From Desulfatiglandales bacterium (lineage in GTDB: Bacteria; Desulfobacterota; DSM-4660; Desulfatiglandales; HGW-15), in contig CAXXJJ010000004.1 of NCBI GenBank assembly GCA_963667015.2, positions 2,368,001 through 2,432,000 of the forward strand: a stretch of DNA of 64,000 bases, written 5' to 3'. Made by a program: the position numbers and the translations under genes. The notes beneath the pieces were generated by a model. That model was given only the letters and a program-made list of their open reading frames with translations, was not told where the DNA came from and ran no database searches. Positions 9,921 through 18,123 of the stretch are shown one piece after another (position 1 is the first letter of the stretch; each line of letters opens with the position of its first letter).

Positions 9921-12900
9921 TCAACTCTTAAAAGCATCACGCACTTTAAAGGCAAGCGATTTATGTGAAAAAGGTTTTTGTATAAATTGGACTCCTTCAT
10001 CCAGCACCCCGTGATGGGCAATGACATTAGCAGTGTAACCGGACATGAAAAGTACCTTCAACCCAGGATGTTCTTTTCGCAGTATTCCGGCAAGGTCCCG
10101 CCCGTTCATTCCTGGCATGACAACGTCGGTTATAAGAAGACTAATTTTTCCTGGGTGTTCCTTTGAAATTGTGCATGCCATATCAGGGGTTGATGCTGAA
10201 AGAACCGCGTATCCCAATCTTTCAAGTATTGTCTTTGCAAGCTGCAGTATGGAAGACTCATCTTCAACAACCATAATGGTTTCACCGTTTGCCAGAGGAA
10301 CGGCTTCTTTTACAGACTCATCATTCGGCCTGACAGCTGCCCCGTGCCGGGGCAGATAGATCCTGAAGGTTGTACCTTTTCCGGGTTCACTGTAAACATT
10401 AATAAATCCTTCGTTCTGCTTGACCGTTCCATAGATCATGGCAAGCCCAAGTCCAGTTCCCTTGCCGACATCCTTGGTCGTAAAAAATGGTTCAAAAAGT
10501 TTATCCAGGATGTCTCTGTCCATCCCGCATCCGTCATCACTTACTGCCAGCATCACGTATTCACCTGGAATAAATCCCGGATGCACTTCACAGTATTCAT
10601 CATCAAATAAAACATTATCTGTTTCAATAGTTACCTTTCCTACATCAGAAATAGCATCCCTGGAATTGACACACAGATTTGCAAGGATCTGATCCAGTTG
10701 TGACGGATCGATTTTTACTGCCCAGAGACCTGATAGCGGTTTCCAGGAAAGATCGATGTCTTCGCCAATAAGGTGACGCAGCATTTTAAGCATCCCCTCA
10801 ACAGTTTCATTCAGATCAAGTATTTTGGGTTCAATAGTCTGCTTGCGGGCAAAGGCCAGCAAATGCCTGGTAATATCAGATGAACGCATAGCGGCCTTCA
10901 TTATCTCTCTGAGATCTTCCTGTATGGGATCATCAGATTCTATCTTATCAATAAGCAGTTCAGTATATCCTATTATTACACCCAGCATATTGTTGTAATC
11001 ATGGGCGATGCCTCCGGCCAGCCTTCCCACAGACTCCATCTTCTGGGCTTGAAGAAGCTGGGACCGGAGCATTTCCTGCTCTGCCTCATTTTTTTTCCTC
11101 TTAGTAATATCGGTAAAAACTATTATATTAAGTGCCCCTGTAGTTGCCACGCGGAATTCAATATTTCGAATTCTTCCATCTTTACATGATACGGGAAAAT
11201 CCACAGGGGCTATTTCCGTGCTGTTTTTTCTGGCGTCTTCGGCTGCCTTTTCCCAATCATTCCGAATACTGTGCCTGACAATTTTATCAGGAAAAGCAAG
11301 TTGCCACCATTGTTCCACAGAGGGTATATCTTCCATTGTATAACCGAATATCTCAGTGAATTTTGAATTTAAATAGAGGGTATTACCTTTTTCATCTGAG
11401 ATAACAATCCCCACTGGCGCGATTTCTGCAAATATCTTAAAACGTGACTCGCTTTGGACCAGCGCGGCCTCCCCCTGTTTTCGGGCCTCCTCAATATTCA
11501 TGACTGAAAGGGCATAAGAAAAATCTCCGGCCATCTCATTCAACAGCTCAAGTTCTTCATCATCAATTACAAAGCTCTCCTCGGCAACAACAATCAGATA
11601 CCCTAATAATATATTTTTATGGATCAAAGACACACAAAGTGACTGGCATCCTTTGTATCCCGATACAAGAGGACAGGTTCTGCAAACAGATTGCCGGTCT
11701 TCAACAAGCCGTATGTTATTTTCAGAATCTCTTTTGTCGCAGCAGGCAGGCAATTCTCCCTTTTCGAGAGGTTCCCTTATTTCACTTATGTGGGCAGCCA
11801 GACCTTCCATGCTCCATGATATGGGCTGTTCCCGTTCATCAGTTAAAATAATCATCGCAGATTCATAACCTCTGCTGCCAACCAGCAGACGGCATCCTTC
11901 ACGAATCAGGATTTCTCTGTCATGCTCCCGGACGATCAATTGATTGACATCCCTGATAGCACGAAGAACCTTATTAAGGTGTTCAATCCGTAACATATTG
12001 TTTTTACGTTCTGTTATATCCTCTGCAGCACCTAAAATACCAACGATTTCGCCCCTGTCATTTCTGACCGGTGCTAAAGACAGGCTTACAGGAAAGAGTG
12101 TGCCGTCTTTCTTGAGCCGTAACATTTCTTTGCCTGTAAACGGCTCATCTTCAAGAACAATTCGCCTCAGTTCAATATATTCATCAACTCTGTCTTCAGG
12201 TACAATTGGCAGGGGTTTTCCGATCACTTCTTTTGCGCTCCACCCAAAGATCTTTTCAGAAGATATATTCCAGTTGAGCACAATGCCTCTTGTATCTGTT
12301 GAATAAAGCGCGACAGGTGAGCAGGAGATCATTGCGCGCTGATATTCCTCGCTGTTACGCAGAGCCTCTTCGGCCTTTTTTCTGTCGCTTATATCAACGA
12401 TGGTAGTCACAAAATAGAGAGGGTTGCCTGCGGCATCACGTCGCATTGCAATACTTACATCCCCCCAGATTATCTTTCCGTCTTTATGAACATACCTTTT
12501 TTCGAAACGTTCAGTATCCTTCTCCCCCTTTAAAAGCGGAGCAATAGCCTTTTCTGTAGCTTCAATATCTTCGGGAGGCGTAATATCCTGCCACCTCTTT
12601 CCCGCCAGTTCATTCTGTGTATAACCAAGAAAATCGGTAAATGCCCTGTTTGCATTCACCTTTCCGTCCGGCATGGTTATTGACTTCCCTGCATTTGAGG
12701 CTTCGAACACATACTTAAACCTCTCCATACTTTCATGGAGAGCTGCTGTTTTATGAGCCACCTGCCTTCGCAAGGACCATGTCCAAATTACAGCAAGTAA
12801 TACCAAAAAAAGTAGAGGAACGATAACAAAAGCAGCATCACGAAGTGCAACAATAAAGGATACCGGTTCCGGCCTGTAAACACTGAGCCATTTATCATAA

Positions 12901-14360
12901 ATCTTCCTGTATTCCCCGCTGCTTTCAACCGATTTCAATCCCTCGCTAAAGCGGGCAAGCAGCGCCTTCTGTCCATTTGATACGGCAAAGCAGTATTCTG
13001 CGGAAAGAATAGCTTTTTTGCCGGGAACAAGATTTGTCCATTTGTTCTTATCTATCAGGTAATGTGCTGATACCAGGGAAACAAGGGCGCAGTCGTATTT
13101 GCCCTCTGACAATTCACGAAGAGCATCCTCCTGGTCATCAACTGCTGTTATCTTTTCTTCAAGCCCGTTTTCCAGCACAAAATCATGCAGTAAATCGCCC
13201 TTTTCTACAACAATACTTTTTGCCCTGAGGTCACTGACAGAACCGGGCGGCGGTTCTTCGCCTCTTCTCACAACTGCAACATAATGGCTGACAGAGTGGG
13301 GTTGTGAAAAGTCAAATTTAAGATCACGTGCAGGTGAATAAAACATGCCCTGCATAACATCTATCTTTCCGTTTTCAAGTGCTTCAATCCGTTCAGACCA
13401 TCTACCAAGTCTTATTTCTACATCAAGACTCATTTCACGGGCTATGGCCCTTGTAAGTTCCACATTGTATCCGGCAGGACGTCCTGCTTCATCCATATAT
13501 TCATAGGGCGGATAATTGCGATCTCCCCCTACAAGAATAGGCCTGTCTGACGGGAGTTGCATGGCCGCAAACCACTTGGAATGCAGTCGACGATAGACCC
13601 CGTTTGCCATAACAATAGCTAACCCTTCATTCAAAAGGGCGAGAGTTTCAAGGTCACCTTCACGAACAGCAAAACAGAAATCCTGTCCAAATCCCTCAAC
13701 AGGCTTATCAATTATGTACAGGTCGGTAAGCCCTGTTTTTTCAATCAGACGCAACGCCACAAGTCTCTGCATAACAACCGCATCACATTTGCCCTGTGAT
13801 AGCTCGCTAAGGGCTATTTCGAAGGTGGGCACAGTATGCATTTCAATGCCATGCGCTTCCCTGCGCAGGAACTCCTCGGCATTATCACCTTTCATTACAG
13901 ATACCCTGCGGCCCTTAAGATCGGGAATATCCCTGATGCCGGTTTCATCATTTCTTACAATAATTGCCCCGTGTAAGGTCATGTAGGGGGTGGTGAAATC
14001 AAACAATGCCTCTCGCTCCGGTGTACGTCCGACAAGAGGCAGGGCATCTACTTCGCCCTTCTCAAGCCATCCTCGCACCTCAGGCCATGGTCCTGTGCGA
14101 AAGGTCACATCTCTGCCCATGGCATCCAGAGCAGCACGCATCAGCTCTACTGAAAAGCCCTCGGCATTTCCATGTTCATCAACAACACTGAATGGAGGAT
14201 AATCGATTTCCGCTGCTGAATGTAAAGGCCCTGTTTTAACTGAAGGTGTATATTCCGCAGAAATAGGGGAGGAACTGCATATAATAAAGACAAACAGAAT
14301 TAATCCTGCTGATATCCGATTCAAGACGTCTAATTTTATTCGCTGACATCCAATCCTCAT
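9921..14360 (-). CDS. Membrane hybrid histidine kinase with two periplasmic SBP family-3 domains, PAS/GAF domains and C-terminal REC
   Basis: Signal peptide, two YPP(F/Y)-type SBP domains, TM helix, PAS-PAS-GAF-PAS, GGIAHDYNN, FEPFFTTK, REC. Confidence 0.92.
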   Translation of the reverse strand: MRIGCQRIKLDVLNRISAGLILFVFIICSSSPISAEYTPSVKTGPLHSAAEIDYPPFSVVDEHGNAEGFSVELMRAALDAMGRDVTFRTGPWPEVRGWLEKGEVDALPLVGRTPEREALFDFTTPYMTLHGAIIVRNDETGIRDIPDLKGRRVSVMKGDNAEEFLRREAHGIEMHTVPTFEIALSELSQGKCDAVVMQRLVALRLIEKTGLTDLYIIDKPVEGFGQDFCFAVREGDLETLALLNEGLAIVMANGVYRRLHSKWFAAMQLPSDRPILVGGDRNYPPYEYMDEAGRPAGYNVELTRAIAREMSLDVEIRLGRWSERIEALENGKIDVMQGMFYSPARDLKFDFSQPHSVSHYVAVVRRGEEPPPGSVSDLRAKSIVVEKGDLLHDFVLENGLEEKITAVDDQEDALRELSEGKYDCALVSLVSAHYLIDKNKWTNLVPGKKAILSAEYCFAVSNGQKALLARFSEGLKSVESSGEYRKIYDKWLSVYRPEPVSFIVALRDAAFVIVPLLFLVLLAVIWTWSLRRQVAHKTAALHESMERFKYVFEASNAGKSITMPDGKVNANRAFTDFLGYTQNELAGKRWQDITPPEDIEATEKAIAPLLKGEKDTERFEKRYVHKDGKIIWGDVSIAMRRDAAGNPLYFVTTIVDISDRKKAEEALRNSEEYQRAMISCSPVALYSTDTRGIVLNWNISSEKIFGWSAKEVIGKPLPIVPEDRVDEYIELRRIVLEDEPFTGKEMLRLKKDGTLFPVSLSLAPVRNDRGEIVGILGAAEDITERKNNMLRIEHLNKVLRAIRDVNQLIVREHDREILIREGCRLLVGSRGYESAMIILTDEREQPISWSMEGLAAHISEIREPLEKGELPACCDKRDSENNIRLVEDRQSVCRTCPLVSGYKGCQSLCVSLIHKNILLGYLIVVAEESFVIDDEELELLNEMAGDFSYALSVMNIEEARKQGEAALVQSESRFKIFAEIAPVGIVISDEKGNTLYLNSKFTEIFGYTMEDIPSVEQWWQLAFPDKIVRHSIRNDWEKAAEDARKNSTEIAPVDFPVSCKDGRIRNIEFRVATTGALNIIVFTDITKRKKNEAEQEMLRSQLLQAQKMESVGRLAGGIAHDYNNMLGVIIGYTELLIDKIESDDPIQEDLREIMKAAMRSSDITRHLLAFARKQTIEPKILDLNETVEGMLKMLRHLIGEDIDLSWKPLSGLWAVKIDPSQLDQILANLCVNSRDAISDVGKVTIETDNVLFDDEYCEVHPGFIPGEYVMLAVSDDGCGMDRDILDKLFEPFFTTKDVGKGTGLGLAMIYGTVKQNEGFINVYSEPGKGTTFRIYLPRHGAAVRPNDESVKEAVPLANGETIMVVEDESSILQLAKTILERLGYAVLSASTPDMACTISKEHPGKISLLITDVVMPGMNGRDLAGILRKEHPGLKVLFMSGYTANVIAHHGVLDEGVQFIQKPFSHKSLAFKVRDAFKS

Positions 14361-14504
14361 TATTGCCTCGTTTTAATTTTATAATAGGTTATCTTAATTG
14401 CATGTTGGAGTCAACGCACCGACTTAAATGTACTTGTCGCTGTAAATTGTGTATTAATGATCATATCACTGATACATGCATTTCTATGCTGTAAGTTTTT
14501 AAAT

Positions 14505-14747
14505 AGTCTTCCGGATATCCTTCTGCTTGACCTGAATTTACCGGTAATGGATGGGCTTGCGGTATTAAAGGCATTGAGAGAACGTGATGACTGTGACGAT
14601 CTACCTGTTATAATATTGACAACCTCAAGCGAACAGAATGACATCGATCATTGTTACAGGTTAGGCGCAAGATCCTTTATCACAAAACTATCCTCTTTTA
14701 CTGAATTTGTAACGATAGCTAAATCTTTTCCTGATTATAAATCTTAA
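14505..14747 (+). pseudogene. N-terminally truncated Rcp1-like response regulator
   Basis: PDILLLDLNLPVMDG...PVIILTTS...YRLGARSFITK. Lacks the first strand with the acidic pair, and conserved KP is KL. Confidence 0.7.
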
Positions 14748-14832
14748 TTTATGAAATAATATAATTTAACCTGAGCACGTTTTTTACCGATTCAAGGATA
14801 GAACCTGCAATAACCTTTTATGAGAGCCTATA

Positions 14833-16203
14833 ATGGATATATATGTAGCAAGACAGCCTATCTTTGATCAGGAAAAAAAGATATTCGGATATGAACTGCT
14901 CTTCAGAGACAGTATGAAAAACGTATTTTCAGGTATAGACGGTAATACTGCAACCTCAAAGGTCCTTTCAAACAGTTTCCTTAATATAGGTATTGAAAAG
15001 CTTATAGGTAGTGTCCATCCAGAAATAACAAAAATCCGGATGGAGCTTTCAGCATTCAGCTATCAGCCGTCAGCTAAAGCTCTGCTTTAAAAGCATTTAG
15101 CCAAAAGCTGAACGCTGACAGCTGACCGCGGCTATTCAAAAACGACAGTTTTTGGATGGGCACTAGGTAAGGGTGTGGCTTTTATCAACTTTACCAGAGA
15201 ACTCCTGATAAATCAGGTCCCCAGACTATTCCCTCATGAACAGCTTGTTATTGAGGTGCTTGAAGATGTGAAAGCCGAGGCTGAAGTGGTTGAATCCTGC
15301 ATTGAGCTGTCGAGACAGGGCTACACAATTGCCCTTGATGATTTTTTATATAATGAAGGGCTGGAACCACTTATTGCAGTAGCAAATATAATAAAGTTTG
15401 ATTTACGTGCCACTCCGCTTGATGAAATTTCAGACATCATAGGAAAAATCAGCAAATACAATCTTAAGCTGTTAGCTGAAAAGGTTGAAACAAACGAAGA
15501 ATTTGATAAGGCCCTTAAAATGGGATTTAGATATTTTCAGGGATATTTTTTCAGTAAGCCTGAAATTGTTGAGGGTAAAGATATTTCACCGGCAAAATTT
15601 AATCTGCTTCAGATAATGGCGGAGGTCAATCAGCCCTATTTTGAGTTTTCAAAAGTAGAGGAGATTATAGCAAGGGATGTCTCTATCTCCTATAAGCTGA
15701 TGAGATATATAAATTCGGCATATTATAAACGGGTTAACGATATATCGTCTATTAAACAGGCAATAGTTCTGCTGGGTGAAAAGGGTATCAGAAGTTTCCT
15801 GTCTCTTATGTCAATGGCCAGGCTTTCAGAAAACAAACCTGATGAACTGGTGCGGAGTTCCATCATTAGAGCAAGGTTCTGTGAATTGATGGCAAATTGT
15901 GTTGAGCCATGTAAAAATGCTACAGAGCTTTTTACATTGGGATTATTCTCCTCAATTGACGCCATTCTGGATGATACAATGGAAAATATTATGTCCAGGC
16001 TCCCACTGTCTGAAAACATCAAGAATGCCCTGGTTGACAATACCGGCGAATTATTTAACTTCCTGGAAATGGCAAAGTGTTATGAAAGGGGAGACTGGGA
16101 TCGGTTTTCAGAATTGGCCATGGATCATAAAATAAATCAGGCCAAACTTCCTGAATGCTTTTTAGAGGCGATATCCTGGGCAGATGCCATAACTTCTATT
16201 TAA
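14833..16203 (+). pseudogene. EAL-HDOD (YuxH/PdeH-like) c-di-GMP phosphodiesterase interrupted by a MITE
   Basis: ARQPIFD...GYELLFR in the 5' part; FINF, ALDDF, LAEKVET, FQGYFFSKP and HDOD in the 3' part. Removing 15011-15169 restores a continuous frame (EKLIGKGVAFINF). Confidence 0.9.
15011..15163. mobile_element. MITE, 153 bp, imperfect terminal inverted repeats, 6-bp target duplication TAGGTA
   Basis: Ends GTGTCCATCCAGAAA / TTTTTGGATGGGCAC; TAGGTA at 15005-15010 and 15164-15169; no transposase. Confidence 0.88.
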
Positions 16204-16314
16204 TTTTTCTTGATAGTGGATAGTAAGGGCCATTTAATAACCCGCATACTTTTCTTTTCAAGCCGGAATGAGCTGATCTTTGATCTGTTGACTAACACGA
16301 GTTTATCAGTCTCT

Positions 16315-16680
16315 TCATGGTTTAATTGTATTGATCTCCATTGTAGGCACAGGCGCTCTGCTCACCTGTTTCACCATAATATCTTCTTTCAGGGTAAATA
16401 CATCCGACTGTCTGATATCCCTTGAAGATGCTCCCACCTGAAGTTTATACTCCCCTGCCTCAGCCATCCATTAAGAAGAGCCCGTATCAGAACTTGCAAG
16501 GCTGCGCCGGTTAAGGTTGAATGTCAGTGTTTCGGACTCGTCGGGTTTTAAAAGTTTTGTTTTACCAAATGCCTTGAGCCCCTTTACCGGTTTGTTAATC
16601 TTTACTGCCGGGGCTGAAATATAAACCTGGACAATCTCACGACCAGGGATATCATCTTCGTAAACAACCCTTGCAGGGAC
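16315..16680 (-). pseudogene. Decayed 3' fragment of a GH3 beta-glucosidase, paralogous to 18124-20574
   Basis: VPARVVYEDD/IPGREIVQVY...DTGSS*WMAEAGEYKLQVGASSRDIRQ...INTIKP*. Internal 165-nt deletion and a nonsense codon relative to the intact gene. Confidence 0.88.
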
Positions 16681-17068
16681 GATAATAGACATGGATAAGT
16701 CTTCCCAAAGGCCAGACAATAAATAGAATATTCGCAGGGCTGCTAATCAAATGAAACTCGATTTGATATTATCAGCATGACCTTTCGGATAAAATATACA
16801 CGAAGCTTAAACTCAAGACGGAGTATACGAACTACATTTGTGCTGCCTGAATCCAAAGGTCCAGGAGAACTTGTACGTTTTTTTAAAACTGTTGCTATAG
16901 CGCGAGATTGGATTATTAAGGTACTTAACCGGGAGTATGGTATTAAAATAGTGTCACGTACAACATTGATAATAACAACGATTAATTAACGAATTATCCA
17001 GGTTTACTTTTTAAAATTGCATGGATTTCAAAATGCCTTTATTGGAGTGACATACTTGTTTTTTGGAT

Positions 17069-17097
17069 ACGAGATAAGCTTAACATACTTATCTCGT
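17069..17097. terminator. Hairpin, probable terminator downstream of 17151-17732
   Basis: ACGAGATAAG / CTTATCTCGT 10-bp inverted repeat. Confidence 0.5.
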
Positions 17098-17150
17098 TCC
17101 TGTTATTATCAAATCAGAGCATAAAATCGCCTATATTTTGAATTTAACTA

Positions 17151-17732
17151 TTAAAATGTTTCACCTACTTGCAGTATCCTATCAGTATGCATGCCATAAT
17201 TATGATTTTCATAAAATTTCAAATCACTGATTTCGGTTTCTGCTTTTTCATTTGATTCAGGTAAACTGGGATGAAAACTTCCAAACTTTGGGTTTGAACC
17301 TACCCCTTTAAAGTCAATTCTAATATACTTAACTTCTTGATCTAATAGCTTAAAATCAATTGCATTTTCGCCTTTTTGGGTAGTTCGTTTAATAAGCCCT
17401 GAGATTACCTTCTCTGACGTCACTGAATGTTCTCCTGCACCCAGATCAGCATAAAAATAAGTTTCACCAGAAATAAATTGAACAGTATTATCAATCGTGA
17501 GTGATTGTGCCACAATTCCCATGGTGTTAAAGACCGAGGGGCCTCCGTCTGTCATATAAATAAACACTCTGCCCTTACCATTTGGAATAGCGGGTAAAGT
17601 TGGTGAGAGTTCAGCATATGTTTTCGCATCGCCTATCGCTGAATTTCTCATAATCGCACCCATGCACCCACTGGTCATTATAACGATAAATATCAACGGT
17701 AGAAAAACCAACAGCCTTGATTTCTGATTCAT
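17151..17732 (-). CDS. Lipoprotein, DUF2846-like
   Basis: Lipobox TSGC; GKGRVFIY...YFYADLGAGEHSV...VKYIRI pattern; RBS AAGGAG. Confidence 0.65.
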   Translation of the reverse strand: MNQKSRLLVFLPLIFIVIMTSGCMGAIMRNSAIGDAKTYAELSPTLPAIPNGKGRVFIYMTDGGPSVFNTMGIVAQSLTIDNTVQFISGETYFYADLGAGEHSVTSEKVISGLIKRTTQKGENAIDFKLLDQEVKYIRIDFKGVGSNPKFGSFHPSLPESNEKAETEISDLKFYENHNYGMHTDRILQVGETF

Positions 17733-17749
17733 AAATACTCCTTATTTTT

Positions 17750-18052
17750 TTATTTATTAGTATATAGTTTGATAGCCTGTTTATAGAATTGAAGAGCTTT
17801 TTCTTCATCTGTTTGAGCATAGAGGTCTTCTCCTAATTCGAGAAGAATTTTAACCGCTTCATGATTATATTTATCAACAGCGGCCCACAACGCTGTGCAG
17901 TAAAGATCTGGTCTTAGTTTAGTCAGTTTGTATATCTCATTTATATTAGTCCCCCGATTTACCAGAGTTTTTATTTTTTCAGTATCATTATCTACTGCTG
18001 CTTGGGGGAGTGGAGCTATACTTGCATTATTCTGGTATTTTAACAAACTCAA
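17750..18052 (-). CDS. Short ankyrin-repeat protein (start uncertain, possibly degenerate)
   Basis: PLPQAAVDNDTEKIKTLVNRGTNIN and TALWAAVDKYNHEAVKILLELGED. The frame stays open upstream through a hydrophobic stretch with no start codon. Confidence 0.6.
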   Translation of the reverse strand: MSLLKYQNNASIAPLPQAAVDNDTEKIKTLVNRGTNINEIYKLTKLRPDLYCTALWAAVDKYNHEAVKILLELGEDLYAQTDEEKALQFYKQAIKLYTNK

Positions 18053-18123
18053 TAACAGTAATGCTATAAAAAAACTGATCAGAAATAATCTCCAATATAC
18101 ATTAAATTGGAATGGATAAATTT

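Noticed and set aside
14833..15090. Separate 85-aa gene (and 15175-16203 as an independent gene)
   Set aside because: They are two halves of one gene split by the MITE.
15044..15129. Short repeats as a CRISPR array
   Set aside because: 7-nt period without spacers and no cas genes.
16740..16990. 70-aa ORF or possible decayed beta-barrel fragment (YYQHDLSDKIYTKLKLKTEY)
   Set aside because: Multiple stops and no motif I can support without a search.
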